A DNA stretch of 64,000 nucleotides from Caldisericaceae bacterium (lineage in GTDB: Bacteria; Caldisericota; Caldisericia; Caldisericales; Caldisericaceae): contig JBMFRX010000003.1 in assembly GCA_049967855.1 (NCBI GenBank), forward strand, positions 35,259 to 99,258. Reading direction: 5' to 3'. The position numbers and the translations under genes were made by a program. How positions within the stretch are numbered: the first letter of the stretch is position 1; every line of letters starts with the position of its first letter. The notes beneath the pieces were generated by a model. The model saw nothing but the letters and a program-made list of their open reading frames with translations. It was not told the origin of the DNA and made no database searches. Below, piece after piece: positions 37,615 to 46,813 of the stretch.

Positions 37615-38505
37615 TTACTTTATCCTCTCATAACTAAATTCTGCTATTTCTTTAAGCACTTCGTATTTATCTCCGTATGGCTTCAGGAAGTCTATTGCTT
37701 TATCCAAAAGTGTTCTTGCATGTTTCTTTGCACCATCGACTCCAAGCAAAGCTACAAAAGTAGCTTTTTTATTCTTCTTGTCCTGTCCTGTGTCCTTACC
37801 AAGCACATCTGCAGAGGAAGTTTCATCCAGCACATCATCTATGGCCTGATAACTTACCCCAAGATTTTCTCCAAATCTTCCAAGGGATAACAATTCCTCA
37901 TCTTCGATGCCTGCAAGGATTCCTCCTGACTCGACCGCAAGTTTAATAAGAGAAGCTGTCTTCAGCCTGTCAATATAAGTAACCGTTTCCAAAGCAATCT
38001 CTTCCTCAGATGTTGATACCATATCCATTACCTGTCCTCCGACTAGTCCTTTAACGCCAGATGCAGAAGCAAAAAGGTTGATTACTCTAATGAGTCTATC
38101 ATAACCAATCTCTTTTGAGCTAACTGGAATGGAAACAAGCTCGAAAGCATACGACAGAAGTGCATCACCTGCCAAAAGCGCCATATCACTTCCATAAACC
38201 TTATGGCAACTTGCACGACCTCGCCTCATATCGCTGTTGTCCATAATTGGCAAATCGTCGTGAATCAATGAATAAGTATGAATCATCTCTATAGCGCAAG
38301 CAAATGGAAGTATGCCGCTTGAGTCCTCGCGAGTAGCCTCATAAGAGGAAAGCATAAGAATTGGCCTGATTCGCTTGCCTCCCAGTAACAGACTGTAAGA
38401 CATTGCAGCATAAAGCAAAGAATTGTCCTTAAGTGGTTGAAGTGTGTTTTCTAATGCTATATCAATGATGTGTTTCTTTTCCTCAAGATAACTTTCTACG
38501 TTCAT
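37615..38505 (-). CDS. ispA: Polyprenyl (farnesyl/geranylgeranyl) diphosphate synthase
   Basis: GGKRIRP, SLIHDDLP..MD...RRG, GGQVMD, QAIDDVLD. Confidence 0.94.
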   Translation of the reverse strand: MNVESYLEEKKHIIDIALENTLQPLKDNSLLYAAMSYSLLLGGKRIRPILMLSSYEATREDSSGILPFACAIEMIHTYSLIHDDLPIMDNSDMRRGRASCHKVYGSDMALLAGDALLSYAFELVSIPVSSKEIGYDRLIRVINLFASASGVKGLVGGQVMDMVSTSEEEIALETVTYIDRLKTASLIKLAVESGGILAGIEDEELLSLGRFGENLGVSYQAIDDVLDETSSADVLGKDTGQDKKNKKATFVALLGVDGAKKHARTLLDKAIDFLKPYGDKYEVLKEIAEFSYERIK

Positions 38506-38515
38506 TCATACCACC

Positions 38516-38791
38516 TCACAAAATCTCAAAACCTTGAAATTCACGAGTATCGCTGCTATAAACGCATTCAACGTTTTCAACTTCAGAATAACTATTTCCA
38601 GTTCTCACGACCTCTACAAATCTATCAAGTACCGTTTTTTCACCTTCGCACATTATATGCACTCTGCCGTCGGACAGGTTTTCAACATAGCCTGATATGT
38701 TAAGAAGCGTCGCATTTCTCTTGACAAAGTAACGAAATCCCACTCCCTGAACAATACCATAAACATACATCTCAAGCCGTACTTTTTGCAT
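38516..38791 (-). CDS. acyP: Acylphosphatase
   Basis: GIVQGVGFR, GYVENLSDGRV. Confidence 0.93.
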   Translation of the reverse strand: MQKVRLEMYVYGIVQGVGFRYFVKRNATLLNISGYVENLSDGRVHIMCEGEKTVLDRFVEVVRTGNSYSEVENVECVYSSDTREFQGFEIL

Positions 38792-39182
38792 CTTTGCTTC
38801 TTAAGTAATTCCTCAGTACTCCGTTAATGAAATCTTGAGAAGCTATGTCTCCATAACGCTTTGCTAGCTCAACAGTTTCGAAAGTAACCAGCCCTGGGCT
38901 CATTTCGCTCTCATTTTCAATTTCAAAAATAGCAATTCTTAGAAGCTCTTTGTCAACAAGACTTATTCTCTCAATGCTCCAATCCTCAAGAAAAGAAGAA
39001 ATCGTTGCATCAATTTGAGACATCTTCTCTATAGTTCCATTTACAAGACTTACAGCATATTCGATAACAACAGGATGCTCGTACTGGAAATGCATCAACG
39101 CATCGGGAAGCTTGTTCTTTCCAACATCTATTGCAAAAAGCAGTTTAAATGCAATCTCCCGTCCCTTTGTTTTAACCTTCAT
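38772..39182 (-). CDS. nusB: Transcription antitermination factor NusB
   Basis: REIAFKLLF, WSIERISLVDKELLRIA, AKRYG, FINGVL; start set to ATG 39182. Confidence 0.93.
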   Translation of the reverse strand: MKVKTKGREIAFKLLFAIDVGKNKLPDALMHFQYEHPVVIEYAVSLVNGTIEKMSQIDATISSFLEDWSIERISLVDKELLRIAIFEIENESEMSPGLVTFETVELAKRYGDIASQDFINGVLRNYLRSKDAKSTA

Positions 39183-39501
39183 CTTTGATGTCTTCAATAA
39201 TAACATTTACCTCTGATACAGTAAAAGGAGTAATATTCTCAATTTGAGACTTGACTTCTCTTTGCACCTCTTTGCCAAGCTCTTTGACGTTTGTACCATA
39301 CTTGGCAACAAGGAACACAGTTATGCTTATCACATTTTCGTCAATTGAAAACTCGACACCGTGAGGCCTCCTTGTATCATTTTTTAAGTAGGGGACGTAT
39401 TCCTCTGCTCCCTTCCAGGTAGACAAAACCCCGTCAACCTGAGTAACAGCGTTTACAATGATAGACTCAATAGCTTCATTCGAAATGACAATTTTATTCA
39501 T
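39172..39501 (-). CDS. Asp23/Gls24 family protein (YqhY-like)
   Basis: IVISNEAIESI, KYGTNV..VQREVK, VNVIIEDI; efp-nusB context. Confidence 0.85.
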   Translation of the reverse strand: MNKIVISNEAIESIIVNAVTQVDGVLSTWKGAEEYVPYLKNDTRRPHGVEFSIDENVISITVFLVAKYGTNVKELGKEVQREVKSQIENITPFTVSEVNVIIEDIKDEG

Positions 39502-40061
39502 TTGTTCACCCTCTCGAGATATTCTCCCGTTCTTGTGTCAACTCTAATTATTTCACCTTCCTGCACAAAAAGAGGAACATTTATCTTGTAGCCAGTTTCA
39601 AGTACGGCAGGTTTCAAAGTGCTTGTTGCAGTGTCTCCTTTGACTCCTGGTTCAGTGCTAACAACTGCAAGCTCCACAAATGTAGGAAGTTCAACAGATA
39701 CAGGTTTGCCCTTAAAGAACACAACTTGAATTTCAAGATTTTCTTTAAGGTAATTGCCAGCGTCACCTGCATCTTCCTCTGATAAATAAAATTGCTCATA
39801 CGACTCAAGGTCCATAAAAACAAAATTTTCTCCTTCCTTGTAAAGATATTGCATATTCTTTCTGTCAAGGAAAGCCTTTTTAAACTTTTCCTCGGGCCTA
39901 TATGTCCTTTCACTTATGTTTCCTGAATTGAGGTTCTTTATCTTAACTCGTACAAAAGGCGAACCTTTCCCTGGCTTAACATGTTGAAAAGATATCACAA
40001 CATACAAATCATTATCAATTTCAAATGTCACTCCTGATCTCAAATCATTTGCTGAAAGCAT
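39498..40061 (-). CDS. efp: Elongation factor P
   Basis: HVKPGKG, FMDLESYEQ, PGVKGDT, VDTRTGEY. Confidence 0.97.
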   Translation of the reverse strand: MLSANDLRSGVTFEIDNDLYVVISFQHVKPGKGSPFVRVKIKNLNSGNISERTYRPEEKFKKAFLDRKNMQYLYKEGENFVFMDLESYEQFYLSEEDAGDAGNYLKENLEIQVVFFKGKPVSVELPTFVELAVVSTEPGVKGDTATSTLKPAVLETGYKINVPLFVQEGEIIRVDTRTGEYLERVNK

Positions 40062-40236
40062 ATAACCTCCTTAAAATAACACAAAATTCTCTTCTATATA
40101 TGATATCAAAAAGTTTATTTTCGTCAACTGCAAAACCTCTACTACTAAAATAGCTTAAACTGAAAATTGACATTGCCTGAATTTTAAAATTCATATTTTT
40201 TTCATAATGTATACTATAATGTAGTTAAGGTGAAAT

Positions 40237-40908
40237 ATGAAAAAGATACTAGTTGTAGATGACGAAGATAATATCAGGGAACTGATAAACATATATTTGA
40301 AAAAGTCTGGCTATGAGACTATAGAGGCTCGTGACGGCCGAGAGGCTATTGATAAATTCGATAAGGAGAAACCACACTTGGTAATACTTGACCTTATGAT
40401 TCCGTACATCAATGGCGAAACGGTAGCACAAACGATAAGAAAAAAATCAAACGTTCCAATAATAATGCTCACTGCAAAGGTCGAAGAAGATAACAGAGTT
40501 CAAGGGCTTGAAATAGGGGCAGACGACTATGTAACCAAACCATTCAGTCCACGAGAGCTTGTTGCCCGAGTTAAGAGCGTATTGCGAAGAAGCTATCCAG
40601 AAGAAGGTTCCATCAAGATATCCGACCTCGAGATTTACCCGAGCGAAATGTCAGTTTTAAAAAATGGAGTTGACATAGGACTAACTGCAAAGGAATTTAA
40701 GGTATTTTTTGCACTTGTCAGGAAGCCAGGAGCAATTCTCTCAAGAGAGGAAATAATGGACCAGGTATATAACGAGTATGACGAAGTTGTTTTTGACAGG
40801 ACAGTTGACGCTTACATAAAGAATATAAGGAAGAAACTCGACGACGATCCCAAATCCCCAAGGTACATAGAGTCTGCATACGGTGCAGGCTATAGGTTCA
40901 AAAGATGA
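40237..40908 (+). CDS. OmpR/PhoB family response regulator
   Basis: LVVDDE, ILDLMIP, MLTAK, GADDYVTKPF, RTVDAYIKNIRKK, YGAGYRF. Confidence 0.95.
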   Translation: MKKILVVDDEDNIRELINIYLKKSGYETIEARDGREAIDKFDKEKPHLVILDLMIPYINGETVAQTIRKKSNVPIIMLTAKVEEDNRVQGLEIGADDYVTKPFSPRELVARVKSVLRRSYPEEGSIKISDLEIYPSEMSVLKNGVDIGLTAKEFKVFFALVRKPGAILSREEIMDQVYNEYDEVVFDRTVDAYIKNIRKKLDDDPKSPRYIESAYGAGYRFKR

Positions 40909-41990
40909 CTTTCAGAACAAAACTTATTATAAGCTACATATTCGTAGTCTTAACAGCAACAATATTTCCACTATTACTTACAAATATCATAGTACGAAAC
41001 AATTTTGTGCAGATAGTGATAGGCGCCCCAGGTCACGGAATCTCTGTGTTAATCCCCGAGAAGGGCTTGAGATTCTTACAGACATTGCGAAATACCCTTA
41101 TGATTTCTGGAACAATCTCTGTGGTAATTGGAGTAGTTGTAGCAATCTTCAACTCAAAAGTAATTACTAAGCCCCTCAAGGAAATGGGGAATTTTGCAAG
41201 AAAAATCTCAAACGGTGATTATACCGCAAGGGTTGACGTAAAAACGCAAGACGAAATCGGGGAGCTAGCAAACTCACTTAACTATATGGCAGACAGGTTG
41301 AACGATATTGAGAATATGAGAAAAACTCTTGTTCAAAACGTTTCTCACGACCTCAGGACCCCCCTCTCTGGCATTAAAGGACATCTTGAGCTTATCTCTG
41401 ACCCAGATTTTGACGATGAAGAAAAGGAACATTCTCTTGAAATAATTCATAGCGAAGTTGGAAGAATGGAGAAAATGGTGGAGGAGCTTTCAAAACTTTC
41501 AAACATAGATAGCAAAAACTTTAACCTCAATCTCCAAAAAATCGATATAAATACAATTGCGAAAGAAACTGCTGACCTTATGAGCATTACCATAGAAAGC
41601 AAGGGACTAAATTTGGTGCAGAACTTACAGAAAGAGCCTTTATATATAATTGGCGATCCTATTAGAATAAAGGAGATACTTTTTAATATCATAAACAACT
41701 CAATTAAATTCACTGAGTCTGGATATATAAAAATCTCAACTTCTTCAACAAAGGGAGACTGCATAATAGAAGTCGAAGACTCTGGAGTAGGGATTGACGA
41801 AAAAGACCTGCCGCACATCTTTGAAAGGTTCTACAGAGGCGAAAAATCAAGATCAAATACGTCTGGAGGTTTGGGTATCGGCCTTACAATAGCAAAGGAA
41901 CTAACATACGCTCAAAATGGCAAAATTATGATAGAGAGTCCGAACCACAAAGGCACTAAAGTTACTATTTCATTTCCGCTAGCAACTTAG
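40905..41990 (+). CDS. HAMP-domain sensor histidine kinase (BaeS-like, short extracellular loop)
   Basis: Two TM segments, DEIGELA, VSHDLRTPL, DSGVGI, IFERFYR, GLGIGL. Confidence 0.94.
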   Translation: MTFRTKLIISYIFVVLTATIFPLLLTNIIVRNNFVQIVIGAPGHGISVLIPEKGLRFLQTLRNTLMISGTISVVIGVVVAIFNSKVITKPLKEMGNFARKISNGDYTARVDVKTQDEIGELANSLNYMADRLNDIENMRKTLVQNVSHDLRTPLSGIKGHLELISDPDFDDEEKEHSLEIIHSEVGRMEKMVEELSKLSNIDSKNFNLNLQKIDINTIAKETADLMSITIESKGLNLVQNLQKEPLYIIGDPIRIKEILFNIINNSIKFTESGYIKISTSSTKGDCIIEVEDSGVGIDEKDLPHIFERFYRGEKSRSNTSGGLGIGLTIAKELTYAQNGKIMIESPNHKGTKVTISFPLAT

Positions 41991-43423
41991 ATAGCCGAAC
42001 TATTTGGATTTAAATCTTCAAGGTATTTTATAATCTCTTTCGAGTAACTCCTGAGTTCTACCAACTCATCAGCAGTTAACTCTTTCGAACTGTACCTTAC
42101 TTTGTTAAAAAGTCTTGTCAGGAATTCAAAGTGCGGGACGTCTATTTTTCCACTTACTCTTTCTAAAAATTCGTTTGTCGTCTCGAACTGTTGAAGTCGC
42201 AGCCCATTTGGTGCGAGCAAATAGATTACTGAAAAATAAAGAAACATTGTATAAGTCCTTCCATCGCTAATCTCGTCAAGCGAACTTGAAATGCTTCCTC
42301 TTGAAATCAACTCTTCAAACTCACTTGCCTTATCTTCACCGAAAATATCTGATAAGACAGAGAGCTTTGCGGTTTTGATATAAGAGATTACGCTTAGAAT
42401 TATAAACAAAGCAGAAAACACCACCGAGAGCAATATTAAAATTTCGTACCACTGGAATACCGCATTGCGTCCATATATTTTATACAAAGTAAGGACCAAA
42501 AATACAATAAAAATCAAAAGAGTGAGCCCAAGTAGCGAAGCAAAAACCATTTCATCTCTTTTTATGAAAGTAGATTGATAATAGGAAGTGCGTTTCTTAA
42601 TCAGCAGTAAGTATATTACAAACGATATGACTGTTATTGCAATAGTTCCATAAAGGATAAGCCTCAAAAGACTTTCGTTCACCTGACTAAATTCAACTCT
42701 GCTTACGCCAATCAGGAAAGTTCTGTAACCCTCACTTATGCTGAAAATCAAAATTCCTGAAAGAGCAATAAGCGCGTACTTTAAATAGTCAAATTTCTTT
42801 CTGCGGTAGCTTTTTTGCCTTCCAATAATTATGAACTCTCTTACGATGAAGAAAATAATAAAAAGATACACAACAGAAAAGAGATTTATAAGTATGCTCA
42901 CAGATTTTGGATTGTTCCAAAAAAGCTCTTTTCCAACAGAGCCAGTCTTTGAAGCAATATCCCACACAAAACTGCCATGGCTTCCCTGGGAAACGGGTTC
43001 GCTGGGAATGGTTGTTGACGATGTAGAGAAAAGAATTGAAAACAAGAAATCTTTGATTGGCTTGGTAAAAACCCCTTTCAAATAGATTGGGATGAATCCC
43101 AAACCTACAATCGGTAGAAATAATAGATTTTGCTTATTCAAAGAAACTCCTCTTTCTTTTATTGTTTCAACAACCAGAAAATAACTGCTCAAGAAAGGCA
43201 AGAAATTTAGCCACCAATAATAGTAAATGAGAAAAATGTTCAGTATAAAAGAAAAAAACAGTATTATTACCTTGCTTGGTTTTAGTTTAAACAACAGGAA
43301 TGCAACTATGACTGTGACAGATGTGATGAACAGACCTAATGCAAAATTCAATGTCACCAAGTTTCTCAGCGAAAAAATTGTCACTAATACAAGCTGGGAA
43401 ATAAAGATAGTATATACCATCAT
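41987..43423 (-). CDS. Multi-pass membrane protein, probable C-terminal DUF4129 domain
   Basis: Many TM segments; C-terminal ETTNEFLERV...LTRLFNKVRYS resembles DUF4129; follows MoxR-DUF58. Confidence 0.6.
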   Translation of the reverse strand: MMVYTIFISQLVLVTIFSLRNLVTLNFALGLFITSVTVIVAFLLFKLKPSKVIILFFSFILNIFLIYYYWWLNFLPFLSSYFLVVETIKERGVSLNKQNLLFLPIVGLGFIPIYLKGVFTKPIKDFLFSILFSTSSTTIPSEPVSQGSHGSFVWDIASKTGSVGKELFWNNPKSVSILINLFSVVYLFIIFFIVREFIIIGRQKSYRRKKFDYLKYALIALSGILIFSISEGYRTFLIGVSRVEFSQVNESLLRLILYGTIAITVISFVIYLLLIKKRTSYYQSTFIKRDEMVFASLLGLTLLIFIVFLVLTLYKIYGRNAVFQWYEILILLSVVFSALFIILSVISYIKTAKLSVLSDIFGEDKASEFEELISRGSISSSLDEISDGRTYTMFLYFSVIYLLAPNGLRLQQFETTNEFLERVSGKIDVPHFEFLTRLFNKVRYSSKELTADELVELRSYSKEIIKYLEDLNPNSSAI

Positions 43424-44634
43424 TGCTCCATTATTGTAGCATAGTCCTTACCGAGAATGGGATACACAAAAACACCTTCCTTAGCAAGAGCTTCGGTTGA
43501 TTCTCCAAGTAGTTTCATATATGTTGCTTCTTTAAAGAAATAGTTTGGAGGCTTCTCGTGTGGCAAAACAAAACTGTTGTCAGGCATAAGAATTATGTTT
43601 ATCTTTGAAGCAAGCGACTTAAGGTTGATAATGCTAAGCATAAGCTCTTCAGTCAAATCACCGTCTATGTAGAACAATTCAGAACCAAAGGGAATGTGTA
43701 GAGAAATTCTTCTTATGAAGTCATCGGTTGCTATCGGGGTTTTTGTATCAGAAGAAAGCAGTTTAAAAACATTCATAAGATGAAACTCGCCAGAAGCAAC
43801 TTGCGTTTTCTCAAAACCTTCAAAATTTGCTACAACACCGAAAGGAAGATGATGTATAAAAGAATAATAGCAAATGGAGGCAGCAAGAGACGATGAGTAA
43901 TCATAATAGGAAGCATTTTTGTACTTGCCGTATAGGTTCAGAGCAACAACGATTTTTTTGGAGGCACTGAAATCAAATTCCTTTACAAGAAGACTCCCCC
44001 TGTGCGCAGTTTGTTTCCAGTGGATCATCGAAACAGGGTCCCCCTCGGAATAGTCTCTTACCCCCGCTACATATGAGTAATCTCTGTTCACCTGGTACTT
44101 TGCTTTGAGTCCCTCAAGTGGATCTGTGAGATAAATCCTTAGTTTTTCAAATGGCACAAGGAATGGGAACACAAAAACTTTTTTCAGGTCTCTTACTACA
44201 TATCGTTTTACAAACAAGCCAAGAGGGTCATGAGAAATTACCTCTACTTCTCCAATCTCGTAAGTGCCCCTTCTGTTGGCTTTGCACTCAAATTGATAGG
44301 AAAAATCTCCGTCATGCCTAATAAAAACGTGTTCCTTCTTGTTGCCTTTCATTGGAACAATATAAAAAGGAAGCTCAAAATTAACATCAATCAATTGAGG
44401 CAGTAATGTGTCAAAGCTCATCTCGTAGACAAGGCTGAGCCTGTCTCTTTGCCTTAAGGTTAGGGAGCTTGAGTTAATCCTCAGTCTTACGTTCAAGTTG
44501 TTTACAGGTTTGGCGTATACAAGGAGATAAATTACAAAAAGTAACGTCAACAAGTAGAATACCTGCCCAAAGACAAGAGTGCTGATAATCAAAACCGTAA
44601 GATAAATTTTAGCTCTTTTATCTAGACTCTTCAC
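43420..44634 (-). CDS. DUF58 domain protein
   Basis: RRGTY, DPLGLF, GVRDYSEGDPVSMIHWKQTAH, LLVKEF. Confidence 0.9.
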   Translation of the reverse strand: MKSLDKRAKIYLTVLIISTLVFGQVFYLLTLLFVIYLLVYAKPVNNLNVRLRINSSSLTLRQRDRLSLVYEMSFDTLLPQLIDVNFELPFYIVPMKGNKKEHVFIRHDGDFSYQFECKANRRGTYEIGEVEVISHDPLGLFVKRYVVRDLKKVFVFPFLVPFEKLRIYLTDPLEGLKAKYQVNRDYSYVAGVRDYSEGDPVSMIHWKQTAHRGSLLVKEFDFSASKKIVVALNLYGKYKNASYYDYSSSLAASICYYSFIHHLPFGVVANFEGFEKTQVASGEFHLMNVFKLLSSDTKTPIATDDFIRRISLHIPFGSELFYIDGDLTEELMLSIINLKSLASKINIILMPDNSFVLPHEKPPNYFFKEATYMKLLGESTEALAKEGVFVYPILGKDYATIMEQ

Positions 44635-45575
44635 TGCTGTGAGAATTTTTCCTCAATTGGAACTTTTGTTTCCTCGACGATCTCTTCTATAACATCAGAG
44701 GTTTTGACCCCTCTCAGCCTTGCATCTGCCTTAAGAATAACCCTGTGATTATACACGTCAAAAACACTTTTCTTGACATCATCTGGAAGGACAAAATCAC
44801 GCCCATCGAGCAACGCCCACCCCTGAGATATACGCATAAGGGCTAAGGACCCTCGCGGACTTACTCCAAGATATAGGTCTTTGTGCAAACGGGTAGCACT
44901 TGCTAGGCTAACAATATATTCAGTAATTGATTTGTGAACAAAAATCTCTTTCACTTTATTCTGCAACACTATTAAATCTTCTATTGTGCCTATAGAGGTA
45001 AGAGAATCTAATGGCTGCACAATCTTCTCTTTAAACAGTATCTGTTCTTCGTTTTCCGCATCTGGGTATCCAATCGAAAAACGCATTATGAATCTATCAA
45101 GTTGAGCCTCTGGTAAGGGAAAGGTACCTTCATATTCGATTGGATTGTCCGTGGCTAAAACCACAAAAGGTGCCTCAAGCTTATAACCAACGCCGTCAAT
45201 CGTAACGGTGTATTCTGACATCGCCTCAAGAAGAGCCGACTGCGTTTTTGGAGTCCCTCTGTTAATCTCGTCGGCAAGAAGAAAATTGGTGAATATTGGC
45301 CCAAAAACAACCTTGAACTTCTTATCGTTTAAATCATAAACAGTTATACCTGTTATATCAGACGGCAAAAGATCTGGAGTAAATTGCACTCTCTTAAATT
45401 TTCCACCGAACGAAAGAGCTATCGCCTTAGCTAAAGTTGTTTTGCCAACCCCAGGAACATCCTCTATTAGTAGGTGACCACCCGACAGTATTCCAACAAT
45501 TACTTTATTAATAACTTCATCTCTTCCTATAATAACTTTTCGAAGATTTTCACTTAACTGATCCAAAGTAAACAT
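44631..45575 (-). CDS. MoxR family AAA+ ATPase
   Basis: EDVPGVGKT, QFTPDLLPSD, LADEINR, PLPEAQLDRF, GVSPRG; start ATG 45575 after SD GGAGGT. Confidence 0.95.
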   Translation of the reverse strand: MFTLDQLSENLRKVIIGRDEVINKVIVGILSGGHLLIEDVPGVGKTTLAKAIALSFGGKFKRVQFTPDLLPSDITGITVYDLNDKKFKVVFGPIFTNFLLADEINRGTPKTQSALLEAMSEYTVTIDGVGYKLEAPFVVLATDNPIEYEGTFPLPEAQLDRFIMRFSIGYPDAENEEQILFKEKIVQPLDSLTSIGTIEDLIVLQNKVKEIFVHKSITEYIVSLASATRLHKDLYLGVSPRGSLALMRISQGWALLDGRDFVLPDDVKKSVFDVYNHRVILKADARLRGVKTSDVIEEIVEETKVPIEEKFSQQ

Positions 45576-45640
45576 TTCGACCTCCAATTTTACCAATTAT
45601 AATTGCTTTTGAAAAAAAGCAAAACTTTATAAAATTAATT

Positions 45641-46813
45641 ATGGACCTTTTCCTTGTTTTTGGCATCTTAATACTGGTTGCTTTGGTTTCCCCTTTTGTG
45701 TTCAGAAGAATCAAGGTACCTTTTGTAACGGGACTTTTGCTGTTTGGCTTTCTATTTGCAAACATTCCCTCTCTAAGCAATTATTACAGCCCATACTTGC
45801 AAAAAGTCTCTTATCCTGTAAGCCTGTTATGTGTATCTATAATACTGTTTGAATTAGGTTTTGAATTTGACAGAGAGTCAGTAAGAGCTATAAGAAAAAC
45901 AGTAATCATTATCGCATTTGTTGAATCTCTGGTAACATTTACCCTGGTTTTTTTAGCCGCAAATTTCATTCTGAAAACGACGCTGTCAATTTCACTTCTT
46001 ATTGCAATCATTGCTGTCCCAACCGCTCCAGACATCGTAGTGTTTTTGGTAAGGGAAATTCACCCAGATGAAGAAGTGACAAAGTTTATAAAAGATCTTG
46101 TGGTAATCGACGATCTGATTGCTGAAATTGCGTTCTTCCTGGTATTCCCATTACTTCGCCTTGCACCATCGTCTTCATCCTCCGTGATGTTAATCCTTAA
46201 CTCATCTTTAGAAGTTATATTTTCAATTCTGTTTGGAATCTTAGCTGGATTGGTTTTTACGGTTGTCGTAACCAAATTTGAAAAGAAACTACCCAACTTG
46301 CCATTAATAATTGGGATTATCTTAACAACGATAGGAATTTGTGAAGTTTTGCAGTTGCATACAATCATCGTAATGCTCATAGCTGGGGTAGTCTTTGCAA
46401 ACACAAAGGCAAACAAAAAAGCCGTTATGAAGGCTCTAAGCGATGTGGACTCAGTGGCACTTCTTATTTTCATAATTATCAATGGCTCTTTGCTTTCTTT
46501 TGGGATTTTTGAACAAGCCCACCTTTTCGTAGTATACATAATCATTGCAAGAGTTTTTGGAAAGGTCATTGGTTCCTTATTCGGCAACTACATCACCAAA
46601 GAAAAAGTATTGTCAAACTTTGCTATAAGTAGCGCCATGCTTCCGCAATCCACGATAAGCATTTTTCTTGCAGCTCACTCAAAACTTTATCTCGGGAATC
46701 AAGGTGCCTATATATTTGTAATAACAATGGCAAGTGTAGTATTCTTTGAGATTATTGGCGCTCCACTCCTGAGAGAAGCCCTGCACGACTCAAACAAAGA
46801 GTATAAGAGCTGA
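45641..46813 (+). CDS. Cation:proton antiporter (CPA2/KefB-like membrane domain)
   Basis: Multi-TM; KVPFVTGLLLFG, FELGFE, PTAP, VVIDD, ARVFGK, MLPQ. Confidence 0.75.
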   Translation: MDLFLVFGILILVALVSPFVFRRIKVPFVTGLLLFGFLFANIPSLSNYYSPYLQKVSYPVSLLCVSIILFELGFEFDRESVRAIRKTVIIIAFVESLVTFTLVFLAANFILKTTLSISLLIAIIAVPTAPDIVVFLVREIHPDEEVTKFIKDLVVIDDLIAEIAFFLVFPLLRLAPSSSSSVMLILNSSLEVIFSILFGILAGLVFTVVVTKFEKKLPNLPLIIGIILTTIGICEVLQLHTIIVMLIAGVVFANTKANKKAVMKALSDVDSVALLIFIIINGSLLSFGIFEQAHLFVVYIIIARVFGKVIGSLFGNYITKEKVLSNFAISSAMLPQSTISIFLAAHSKLYLGNQGAYIFVITMASVVFFEIIGAPLLREALHDSNKEYKS

